Positions 51,776 to 60,467 of a stretch of 64,000 nt of DNA are shown here, one piece after another (position 1 is the first letter of the stretch; every line of letters starts with the position of its first letter). The stretch is from NCBI GenBank assembly GCA_963753345.1, contig CAVWBU010000024.1:275840-339839 (forward strand), read 5' to 3'. The notes under the pieces were generated by a model, which searched no databases, had not been told where the DNA came from, and worked only from the letters and a program-made list of their open reading frames with translations. A program made the translations under genes and the position numbers. This DNA comes from an uncultured Fibrobacterota bacterium (lineage in GTDB: Bacteria > Fibrobacterota > Chitinivibrionia > Chitinivibrionales > FEN-1185).

Positions 51776-52852
51776 TCACGCAACAGCGGCGCCGCTTTGG
51801 GCCCTCGAAAAAAGCCCGGCGCTCACAGATCCGTTTCTCGCCGCCGCGATCACCAGCGCGGAGGCGACGGGCCCGGTCATTCCGCTTTCAAACGATCCGG
51901 CGCAAGACGGGTGCGCGGGAAACGCGGGGTACACGGCGCCGTTGGCCACGATATCGCATGCGACAAGCGCCGACAGCATGGCGCCGAGGCCGAACGTCTC
52001 GCCGAACAGGGGCCTGGTGAACAGCAGAGCAGGCTTTGGGCCGCCCGCTTTTGCGATTGCGGCAAGGGCCGAAAGCTCGTGCCCGTCCTGCGGCCCTGCC
52101 CCCGCGCCCGAAATCACCACGCCGGCGCCGCCGCGCCAGTCGGCGGGATCGACGGGCGTAAACAGGCACAGCGGTTTCTTATCCGTAAAGTGCGACAGGG
52201 GCTCGAGAACCGCAAACGCGCTGCCTTCGCTTATGCCGAGTCCCGCCGCGCCTTCCCCGCGCGGAAACGGCAGGTGCGGCGGCGCCGAAGCGCCGAGCCA
52301 GCCGCACGTTCTGTATGCGTCGTGCACCACCGGAGAGTATTCTTCCGACGATCCCGCAAGGCAGGCCTCGTAGTGCGAATCCACGATCGCGCGCGCGCAA
52401 TAGCAAAGCACCTCGCACCCGTTGTTCTCGTACCCGAGCATGGTGGTTCCGCCGCAGGTCATTTTGAGGACCGCGGAAACCGACGACAGCGGCGCATTGG
52501 TCACGCCGTTTGAGAAGCTGTTCGGCGACGCCATGTCGGGACCGTAGTCAAAGAGAAGATCGTGGAATTCGACCATGTGCGAGGTTGACCCGTGCGAAAG
52601 GCCCATAAAAAGCCCTGTCCGTTCGGCGGCGCGGCCCGCCGCGGCCATGGCGCATGACGCGGCGAACAGCGAGAAGCGCGCGAGCTTCGACATGCGCCGC
52701 ATGTCGTTTTTGGAAACGCCGCCGATTGCCGGAACGGATTCCACGAGGCGCACATTGCCCGGGCCGGCGCTTCGGGCCGCTCTCAGCGACGCGAGGTCGG
52801 TTCCCCAAGGACCGATAAGGCCGATGCCCGAAATGCCGACTGTTGCGTTCAC
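51776..52852 (-). CDS. beta-ketoacyl synthase chain-length-factor-like protein (non-catalytic)
   Basis: RRMSKLARF, SPNSFSNGVTNAP, SEGSAFAVLE; Glu at the catalytic Cys position (LGYENNG); start overlaps the KS stop. Confidence 0.78.
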   Translation of the reverse strand: MNATVGISGIGLIGPWGTDLASLRAARSAGPGNVRLVESVPAIGGVSKNDMRRMSKLARFSLFAASCAMAAAGRAAERTGLFMGLSHGSTSHMVEFHDLLFDYGPDMASPNSFSNGVTNAPLSSVSAVLKMTCGGTTMLGYENNGCEVLCYCARAIVDSHYEACLAGSSEEYSPVVHDAYRTCGWLGASAPPHLPFPRGEGAAGLGISEGSAFAVLEPLSHFTDKKPLCLFTPVDPADWRGGAGVVISGAGAGPQDGHELSALAAIAKAGGPKPALLFTRPLFGETFGLGAMLSALVACDIVANGAVYPAFPAHPSCAGSFESGMTGPVASALVIAAARNGSVSAGLFSRAQSGAAVA

Positions 52853-54045
52853 TGCGCGGCCCTCTCAAGAAGCAAGCATGCCGCTTCGCCGCCAAACCCG
52901 AGCGACGTGACGGCCGCGCGGGTCAGCGGCATTCTGCGCGGAACTGCGGCAACCCAAAGTCCATTAAACTGTGGATCTATTGTCTCATGAAATACCGTGG
53001 CGGGAACGAGACCCGCTTCGAGCGACAGCACGGTGAGGACCGCGCTTACCCCGCCGGCAGCGCCCAGCGTGTGGCCGGTCATTGACTTTGTGGAACACAC
53101 CGGAACCTCAGCGAGCCTGTCGCCGAAAACGGTTTTGAGGGCATTGTATTCGGAAAGGTCGTTTATCACGGTCGCGGTGCCGTGAAGGTGCACGTGGTTT
53201 ATTGTTTCGGCGGCCCATAACGCCCGGGCCGTGGACGTGTTCAGCGCCTCAGCGATGCCGCTGCCGTCCGGGTTGGAGCGCGTGTGGTGAAACGCCTCGA
53301 GCGCCTCCCCGAACCCCTTGACATACGCAAGCGGCCGCGCCCCGCGCGCCTGCGCGGCGGCAACGCTTTCCAGCACAAGCGCGGCCGCTCCCTCGCCCGG
53401 ATTGAGTCCGTCGCGGCCGGCGTCGAACGGTTTGCAGGCTTTTTTCGAGAGCAGGCGCAGGGAGTTGAAACCCGCCACGATAAACGGGCACAGCGCTTCG
53501 CTGCCGCCCGCGCACACCTTGGATGCCCGGCCGCTCTGTATCATCCTGAAGGCGTGGCCGATGGCCGTGGCGGCCGACGCACATGCGGAGGACAGCGTGT
53601 AACGGCGGCCGGTAATGTGGTTTTTTTCCGCCGCAAAGTCCGTCACCGCGCTCGGCAGGAATCCCGAAACGAGCCTGATGTCCGGCGCAAGCCCTTGCTT
53701 CTTCTGCCCGTAGTATAATGTTCCGCCGTGGAAATTGCTCGCCGTGGTGCCGACAATGATGTCGGCCTCGCACGGGCCCTGCACGCCTGCCCCGGCAAGC
53801 GCCTCCCTGCACGCCATATCGAATAGAAGGCTGGCCCGGTCGGCCGCGGTCTCTTCAATGGAATGCGGAAACGCCTCGTGCGGCACCATGCCGCAGACGA
53901 CTTCCGTCCGGTATTTTCCCTCAAAGAAAGGATGCGCCGCAAGGCCGGACCGGCCATTGACAAGCGCGTCGCGATGGACCGGCACGCCCGCTCCCAGCGC
54001 GGAGACGATGCCCATGCCGGTTATGCAAACGTCATTTTTGTTCAT
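52849..54045 (-). CDS. beta-ketoacyl-ACP synthase (FabF-like, catalytic)
   Basis: SSACASA, PFDAGRDGLNPGEGAA, HLHGTAT..ND, KSMTGHTLGAAG, SLGFGG. Confidence 0.93.
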   Translation of the reverse strand: MNKNDVCITGMGIVSALGAGVPVHRDALVNGRSGLAAHPFFEGKYRTEVVCGMVPHEAFPHSIEETAADRASLLFDMACREALAGAGVQGPCEADIIVGTTASNFHGGTLYYGQKKQGLAPDIRLVSGFLPSAVTDFAAEKNHITGRRYTLSSACASAATAIGHAFRMIQSGRASKVCAGGSEALCPFIVAGFNSLRLLSKKACKPFDAGRDGLNPGEGAAALVLESVAAAQARGARPLAYVKGFGEALEAFHHTRSNPDGSGIAEALNTSTARALWAAETINHVHLHGTATVINDLSEYNALKTVFGDRLAEVPVCSTKSMTGHTLGAAGGVSAVLTVLSLEAGLVPATVFHETIDPQFNGLWVAAVPRRMPLTRAAVTSLGFGGEAACLLLERAAQ

Positions 54046-54071
54046 GTGATTTTTTTAATTCAAGAAGAGGA

Positions 54072-54250
54072 TGGGCGTTCCCCCTGCGCCTTCGCCTCCG
54101 CTCGGGGTCGGGTCGGTTCTCCTCCGGGCTCGGCTATTCGCCTCGTTGCCGGACCGCCCCTATGCCCGTCGGCGGGGTCGGCCGGCAATGCTGCTCTGGC
54201 GCACCCTCCGTCGCCCCTAACGCGCGGCAACAGATTTCTATTCGGTCAAT
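54072..54250. repeat. structured intergenic repeat, module A copy 3
   Basis: TGGGCGTTCCCC...GGGTCGG...CTCGGCTATTCGCCTCG...CCTAACGCGCGGCAACAGA...TTCGGTCAAT. Confidence 0.85.
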
Positions 54251-54334
54251 TACTTCTTCTCGCGCCAATCGGCATTCGCAATAAATCAGTCAAGGAATCC
54301 TCTTTGAATTCCAACCTCTTCAACTCTCTTTCTT

Positions 54335-54465
54335 GGTGCCCCCGCAACCAAAGTTTCATTCTTGCAAATCAACTCTCTAGGGGGCTACCCACGAGGGGGT
54401 ATGGGTGCAGACCCCGCAGTCCCGCGGGACGAGGAGGCTGCACCCTAGGGGGACACCTCCCCCTC
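54335..54465 (+). repeat. structured intergenic repeat, module B copy 2 (variant inner hairpin; overlaps radical SAM stop)
   Basis: GGTGCCCCCGCA...TCTTGCAAATCAACT..CT.GGGGGCTACCCACGAG...GGGGGACACCTCCCCCT; first half matches 60279-60395 reversed. Confidence 0.82.
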
Positions 54466-55674
54466 CAAGACTCTTTTATCTTCTTTCTTTTCCAATCTTT
54501 TTTTAAACAGTTTATACATTTTATAGGTTTGCGGCTCGCTCTTGTAAAACGTGTTCCACGCATAATCGTACAGCTCCTGCAGCTTCTCGGGCGTCATGTG
54601 CTTCGGCTTGAACACCACCTCGCCCGCCGTGTAGCGCGCCGGATCGTTGGTGAGGATGCGGCCCTCGCGCTCGAGCTGCTCGCGTATGGGCGTGTGCGCG
54701 AAAGGCGTGAGCACGGTGAATTCCGCAAGGTCAAGGTCTATTGCCATGAGAAAATCCACGAGCCGCTTTACAAAGTCCTCGGTGTGGTCGTCGGTGCCCA
54801 GGATGATGGTCCCCTCCACGCCGATGCCGAAGCTCTTGTACCGCTCTATTCGTTTCCGGATGAAATCGGAAGTGTCGAACACCGCCTGGTACACGTACCA
54901 GGCGCCGGCCTGCGCTGCCTTTTCGAGCACGTCAGGGTCGTCTTCAATGGGATGGCAGCACCAGTGCTTTTTAAACGGAATCATTGCCGTAAATAAATCA
55001 AGCTCCCACTTCTTGTCCTGCGCGAGCGAATTGTCCACCACAAAAAGCCCGTCGTTGTCGATGGTGGCGAGCTCCTCGACCACTTTGTCAATGGGCCGGG
55101 GCCTAAAGCTCCTGCCGCCCAGAAACGGCGTGCAGCAGGGGAAGCAGTTGAACCTGCACCCGCGCGACGCGTGGAACAGATCGACCATGCGCGTGCCCTT
55201 GTAGGCGTATTTTTCGTGATTGAGGATTCCGCGCCGGGCAGGCCCCACCAGCGCAATGTCGGGAAAATTCTGGAGATAATTGTATTCCCGCTTGAAGCCC
55301 CCGGCCCTGAGGTCGAGAAACACCTGTTCGAGCCTTCCCTCGGCCTCGCCCAGAAACACGCTGTCCGCGTGACGCTTCACCTCATCGGCATGCAGCATGG
55401 CGGCGATGCCGCCGAAAATCACCGGGACCTTTCGGGCGCGGAATTCCCGCGCGATGGCAAACGCGCGCGGCAGTTGACAGGTGAGCATTGCGGAAATGCC
55501 CACCGCGTCCCACGATCCGCCGAAGGGGACCGCGTCGACGTTCTCGTCGGCGAACGTCACCGACACCCACGACGGCAGCGCGGCCGCCATCACCACCGGC
55601 CCGTGCGGGGGCAGGTGAAACTCGGTCTGGAACTTCAGCTTGGGCCAGGAGGGATAGACAAGAAGGAATTTCAA
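54445..55674 (-). CDS. B12-binding-domain radical SAM protein
   Basis: N-terminal cobalamin-binding-like region (VIFGGIAA, GEAEG); SRGCRFNCFPC (CxxxCxxC); TTG start after AAGG. Confidence 0.88.
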   Translation of the reverse strand: MKFLLVYPSWPKLKFQTEFHLPPHGPVVMAAALPSWVSVTFADENVDAVPFGGSWDAVGISAMLTCQLPRAFAIAREFRARKVPVIFGGIAAMLHADEVKRHADSVFLGEAEGRLEQVFLDLRAGGFKREYNYLQNFPDIALVGPARRGILNHEKYAYKGTRMVDLFHASRGCRFNCFPCCTPFLGGRSFRPRPIDKVVEELATIDNDGLFVVDNSLAQDKKWELDLFTAMIPFKKHWCCHPIEDDPDVLEKAAQAGAWYVYQAVFDTSDFIRKRIERYKSFGIGVEGTIILGTDDHTEDFVKRLVDFLMAIDLDLAEFTVLTPFAHTPIREQLEREGRILTNDPARYTAGEVVFKPKHMTPEKLQELYDYAWNTFYKSEPQTYKMYKLFKKRLEKKEDKRVLEGEVSP

Positions 55675-55693
55675 CGGCGAGCCTTTCGTGCTG

Positions 55694-58600
55694 TCAAAAG
55701 CCCACGGAAAAATTCAATCCGAGCTTGTTTCTAAAGGGATCCCACGAGACTTTTGCGTAGAGCTGCCGGGAAAATTCGTACGACTTGTAGAACCCGAGCC
55801 GCGCACCCGCCGAGATAACATGCGACACATACACATGGTTCTGCACCGCCGTGTCGCCGACGTTGGGATTGGAGAGCGCCGTAACGTAGTTGTCATTCGA
55901 GAAGCCGCTCGTCTTGTTGGTGTAGAAGGAGAGGTCGTACCCTATTTCGCCGTACAGCGCGTCGGCATACGCCGGGCCGCCGTTGATCTGCCGCCACAGG
56001 GGGAACACAAAGGAACCCCCGGCGCTCAGATTGAGAAACTCCGAAGACCCGCCCTTGAGAAGGTTGCGCGGGTCCGCAAAGCTGCCTCCCGAGAGCCCCA
56101 TGTAGTAATCGTCGGTGGTCAGGATAAAGGAGGAGTGTGCCGTAAGCGGGAAACCGTGGTAGAACTGAAACTCGGTCGTCACGCCGGTGGCGGTCGGGTA
56201 CTTTATGTTCGAGGTGTCGGTCGAATCCACGGTCCAGAAAATGTCCGGCGTAAACGAAAGTTCGGCTTCCGAAACGCCCGAAAGGTTGTAGTTGATGTCC
56301 ACATTCTGGTATCCGTAGTTGAACCAGATTCCGTACAACGGAACCGCCACCTGGGAAAGCGGCAGAGACAGGGGATAGACGTCGACGGCGGGCGCGATCC
56401 CGAAATACCAGTCCCTGGCCGCCTGCCACTGGACTTCTCCCGAGGCAAGAATCTCCGAGGGCATCATAAGGGCGATCGCCACTTCGACGTTCGCGGTGAA
56501 CGTGACCGCACTCATGCTGTTTTGAAGGGCGAATGACGGGAACAGCGCGGGGATCCAGGCGGTTGACAGTCCGGAATCCCCCGAATTGCTCGTCGAATCC
56601 CCCTGCGCGGCAACGGCGGCGGCGAGGTTCCGTTTCCTAATGAAGCTGAGGGTGTGAGCGCCCAGGCCCGCGTCATGCACGGCCGGCGCACCCGAGATCT
56701 CCCGCAGTTTCTTGTCGGTAAAGTCCTCGAACCTGTCGTGTTCCAGCGTTCCGGGCCAGGTGAGGGCCCGGCGCAGGGGAAACGTCGCTTCCTGCTCGCT
56801 GTCGGGGAGTTCGATCCCCTGGTGCATAACAGCCGCCAGCACGCCCATGGCAAACTCTTTCTTGTCAAGAGCATCGGTCCGGCTCATCATAATGCCCGTG
56901 CCGAACGCGATCGCTGCGGTGTCGCTCCACCTCGCGAACCCGTGATTGCGCACCGCGTCGATAATCGAGCCCCGCGGGTCCGCCGCCGTCAGGAAACTCT
57001 GAAGCTCCCATACCGGCCGAAGAAGCTGCGCCTTGTACGGCCTGTTCTTTATGATGACCTCGCCTTTGGGTCTGGCCACACCGGAAAACGAACAGGCGTA
57101 CGACTGCGGCAGGGTGTAGGGCGCTCCAGCGCCACCGCCGCAGGTCACCACCGAGAACGCCTGCCGGGAGAACCGCACGCACAGGAGTTCTCCGTTTTTG
57201 TCAAGGAACGGCTGGAACATTCCGCCGGCCGCGCTCGTGTGGCGCCGCAGGTCGCTTCCGTCGGGAAGCATGGAATAGATGTTGAAGGTGCCGTCGAAAT
57301 CCGCGCTGAAATAAATGCGGCCGTCCCTCCCCCAGTGCGGAAACTCCTGCTGCCCGAAATCCGGCCCGACAATGCGGAGCGATGCGCTTGACAAACCAAT
57401 AATGCAGATGCGCGCCCTGCCGTCGATCACCCTGCTTGTCGCAATCTTGTACTCGGGGGTTTCGAGGGGCATAGCGGCTGCCGCGGCTTGCGTCGCTTGC
57501 GCAAGGCTGTCCTTTTTCGCGGAGTCGGCCCTGGCGGTATCCGACGACGCCCTTTTCTGCACGGTGTCGCGCGCGACACCGTGCGCGGAATCGGCAGGCG
57601 CGGGCCGGGGCAGCGACACCTTGACTGGAGAGAACGACAGCCCCATAAACGGCTCGCCCAGGCTGCCCGGCGCGATGTCGGTCCAGTCCCGGCAGTCGGG
57701 CCCCGCGGTTCTTACGGCATACACGCCGTTCGCGAACTGCACGCACGCAATCTGCCGTCCGTCGGGCGAAACCGCGACGTCGTAGAAGCGGCCGTTCCTC
57801 GTGAGGCGCTGCTGGCTGCGGGTCGCCAGGTCGAGCACATACAGGTCGTTGAACGACGACCCGTGGTCGGACAGTTCCCTTGCTTTAAGGAAATACACGC
57901 GCTTCGAATCCGGCGAAAAGTCCCATGAGTTCAGCGCCCATTTGGCAAGAATGACGCCTTCGGTCTTTCCGTACGGCGCCACCACAAGATCGGTGCGGCC
58001 GAAATCGTCCTTGTCGCTCGTGAGCCATCCCCACCACGTTCCGTCGGCCGAGACTTTGGGAAGGTAATTGTACATTCCCTTGGTCCAGACCGGCGCGGCC
58101 TGCGTGGGGTTCGCGGGCAGCCGCTGGCGGGCGGCGGTTTTCACGCTGTCGAGCCACACCCGGTACAGGTCTTCGAGCCGCTGGCCGGTCTGGTCTGCAA
58201 AGTACGAGCGGAAATCGCTCAAGAAAAGCGAGGAATGCCTTCCCTCGTTCCATAGCCGGACCATTGCCGGCGTGCCGATCCTCGACTCGATGAACTTGAG
58301 AAACGAGAACCCCTGGTTGTACACGAGCTCGTCGCCGATGCTGTTGTGGTTGAAATAACCCATCGCGTCCAGGCTGAGTTCTTTCCCGTTAAGCACCGCG
58401 TCGGAAAGGAGCATCTCACGCCGCGAGTCCCAGCAATCGTTGCCCCGCCGGGCCGATTCGAGCTGGGCTGCGCCTTCGGCCAGCCAGTTGGGCCAGAGCC
58501 GCGTTGTGGCGAACGGCTCTTCAAGCGACACGCTCGCCCTGGGGGACTCGTAGTCCAAGGCAAAGGTCCAGTCGAGCAGCTGCATCTTGGACCTTTTTTC

Positions 58601-58981
58601 GAGCGTCACGATGTGGGCAAGCTCGTGCGTGATCACGTTGCGCAGCCAGGTGTTGTTGCCGCGAAGGTCGAACCGGGCGTCGGTGACCCAGATGATGATG
58701 CTCCCGTTTGTCCAGTCGGTCAGACCATTGGCGTAATCGTCGTAGTCGGCGAGCGCGATGTTGATCTTGTCCCGCTCATTGTAGTCGTACAGTTCCGAGA
58801 GCGCAGCGTAGGATTCCTCCGCGATCTTCCACGTGGCGTACACGGCGGGCTCGGTGCGGTCGTAGTAGTGGATGATGAAATGGGAGGTGGTGACGCTCTG
58901 CCACTTGATTTCCGGATGGTTGAACGCGAACAGGAGGGTCGACAGCAGGAGCACCAACGCCGCTGTGATTCTTGCCTTCAT
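55694..58981 (-). CDS. exported protein: HEXXH metallopeptidase-like domain, TolB-like propeller, probable C-terminal beta-barrel
   Basis: Signal peptide MKARITAALVLLLSTLLFA; ITHELAH and WLAEG; SADG/SPDS/SPDG repeats; ends GLNFSVGF. Confidence 0.78.
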   Translation of the reverse strand: MKARITAALVLLLSTLLFAFNHPEIKWQSVTTSHFIIHYYDRTEPAVYATWKIAEESYAALSELYDYNERDKINIALADYDDYANGLTDWTNGSIIIWVTDARFDLRGNNTWLRNVITHELAHIVTLEKRSKMQLLDWTFALDYESPRASVSLEEPFATTRLWPNWLAEGAAQLESARRGNDCWDSRREMLLSDAVLNGKELSLDAMGYFNHNSIGDELVYNQGFSFLKFIESRIGTPAMVRLWNEGRHSSLFLSDFRSYFADQTGQRLEDLYRVWLDSVKTAARQRLPANPTQAAPVWTKGMYNYLPKVSADGTWWGWLTSDKDDFGRTDLVVAPYGKTEGVILAKWALNSWDFSPDSKRVYFLKARELSDHGSSFNDLYVLDLATRSQQRLTRNGRFYDVAVSPDGRQIACVQFANGVYAVRTAGPDCRDWTDIAPGSLGEPFMGLSFSPVKVSLPRPAPADSAHGVARDTVQKRASSDTARADSAKKDSLAQATQAAAAAMPLETPEYKIATSRVIDGRARICIIGLSSASLRIVGPDFGQQEFPHWGRDGRIYFSADFDGTFNIYSMLPDGSDLRRHTSAAGGMFQPFLDKNGELLCVRFSRQAFSVVTCGGGAGAPYTLPQSYACSFSGVARPKGEVIIKNRPYKAQLLRPVWELQSFLTAADPRGSIIDAVRNHGFARWSDTAAIAFGTGIMMSRTDALDKKEFAMGVLAAVMHQGIELPDSEQEATFPLRRALTWPGTLEHDRFEDFTDKKLREISGAPAVHDAGLGAHTLSFIRKRNLAAAVAAQGDSTSNSGDSGLSTAWIPALFPSFALQNSMSAVTFTANVEVAIALMMPSEILASGEVQWQAARDWYFGIAPAVDVYPLSLPLSQVAVPLYGIWFNYGYQNVDINYNLSGVSEAELSFTPDIFWTVDSTDTSNIKYPTATGVTTEFQFYHGFPLTAHSSFILTTDDYYMGLSGGSFADPRNLLKGGSSEFLNLSAGGSFVFPLWRQINGGPAYADALYGEIGYDLSFYTNKTSGFSNDNYVTALSNPNVGDTAVQNHVYVSHVISAGARLGFYKSYEFSRQLYAKVSWDPFRNKLGLNFSVGF

Positions 58982-59188
58982 GGGTTCTCGCTTTCGGATT
59001 GACGGCAGCCTCGGTTCCGCATGAAACGAACGATATTTTTTCATGAGGGCTGCACGATAACAAGTGATCATTGAAGATACAAGAGGGGTCGCCGGAAAGG
59101 CAAAATCATGAAAGAAAACCTTTATGCCTTTCCGCGCGGAAAAGGGGTATAATTAGTCCGAGGATTGGTTCTCCGGAATAGTGCCCTC

Positions 59189-60175
59189 ATGAGTCTGCAT
59201 TCCATTCCCGTGTTTGTGATGGCCGGCATCACCCTGTATGTCGGTCTCTACAACCTTTTCTTCTGGTTCAGGCTGCGGGAAAAACCCGAGCGGTTCTTCT
59301 TCTTCGGGGTTTGCGCTTCGGTGGCTCTGTATGATGTTTTCAGCGCGCTCCTGTACAATTCAGAACGCTTCGAGACAAGCATCTGGTTCCAGCGCGGCCA
59401 GTTCTGCTCCATAGCCTGCATAGCATGCTGGACGCTCCTTTTTGTGACCAGACTGTTCCACCAGAAATTCACGGCGGTTTTGTGGACCCTCTTAGCCTCC
59501 TACGCGCTCTTCATTTTCGCATCGTGGATCAACTCGCCGCTTTTCCTCCACCTGAGTGCGCGCGCACCAAAAAGTTTCTCCCTGGGGCCCTTGCTTGTCA
59601 ACTACGTCGAGCTTCAACCCGGCCCGATGTTCATGGCGTTTTACGCGGTTCTTGTGGCCGGAATCGTCGTCTCGTATGCCTATTTCTGGCGGGGCTTCAG
59701 GAAGTACAAGGACTGGACGTTTCCCTTTGTCCAGGCAAGCCTGACCGTCTTTTTTCTCGCCAACGTCAACGACATCCTCGTGGGCGCGGGACTCATCAAG
59801 TCGATTTACCTTCTGGAATACTCGTTTCTCGCGGTGATCCTCACTATGGATTATGTGATCCAGCACGATTTCACTGTTCTATACAAGAAGGAAAAGACCT
59901 ACGCGCAGGAGCTCGAGCGGAGAGTGAAGGAGCGCACGGCGGAGCTCGAAACATCGCTCGCCAGCGTCAAGACGCTGTCCGGGCTTATTCCCATATGCGC
60001 GTCCTGCAAAAAGATCCGGAACGACCAGGGATACTGGCAGCGGGTCGAGGAATATGTCTCGGCGCACAGCACGGCCGATTTTTCGCACGGGATCTGCCCG
60101 GAGTGCATGAAGAAAATGTATCCGGAACAATATGAGCAATACCTCCTGTTGCGAAAGGAAAGCAAAAAGCCCTAG
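59189..60175 (+). CDS. 7TM membrane sensor with coiled coil and C-terminal Cys4 domain
   Basis: About 7 TM helices, LERRVKERTAEL, then GLIPICASCKKIR...FSHGICPEC; no kinase domain. Confidence 0.8.
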   Translation: MSLHSIPVFVMAGITLYVGLYNLFFWFRLREKPERFFFFGVCASVALYDVFSALLYNSERFETSIWFQRGQFCSIACIACWTLLFVTRLFHQKFTAVLWTLLASYALFIFASWINSPLFLHLSARAPKSFSLGPLLVNYVELQPGPMFMAFYAVLVAGIVVSYAYFWRGFRKYKDWTFPFVQASLTVFFLANVNDILVGAGLIKSIYLLEYSFLAVILTMDYVIQHDFTVLYKKEKTYAQELERRVKERTAELETSLASVKTLSGLIPICASCKKIRNDQGYWQRVEEYVSAHSTADFSHGICPECMKKMYPEQYEQYLLLRKESKKP

Positions 60176-60278
60176 ATATTGTCCGTTTGTGAAGGGTTTG
60201 ATGCCGGATGCGCGAGGTGCTGCGGATTACAGGGATTCTAATTCTGGCTTCAATTTCAATTATGATCTAATCAAGGAA

Positions 60279-60395
60279 CGTCGGGGGAGAGGTCTCTCCC
60301 CCGGCCTCGGCCCTACGGTCCTCGGCACTCCCCTCTCGTGGGTGGCCCCCAAGAAAGTTGATTTGCAAGAAAGAAGCTTCCGCTGCGGGGGCACC
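60279..60395 (-). repeat. structured intergenic repeat, module B copy 3 (inverted)
   Basis: Reverse complement aligns with 21124-21240. Confidence 0.9.
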
Positions 60396-60422
60396 TAGAA
60401 AGAATTGTTGGTAGGGTCCAAG

Positions 60423-60451
60423 CTCCGGTCCACCTAACGCGGGGCAACAGA
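60423..60451. repeat. truncated end of module A (copy 4)
   Basis: CTCCGGTCCACCTAACGCGGGGCAACAGA versus CTCCAGTCCTGCCTAACGCGCGGCAAAAGA near 21017-21046. Confidence 0.7.
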
Positions 60452-60467
60452 CACCGCCCACAACTTT

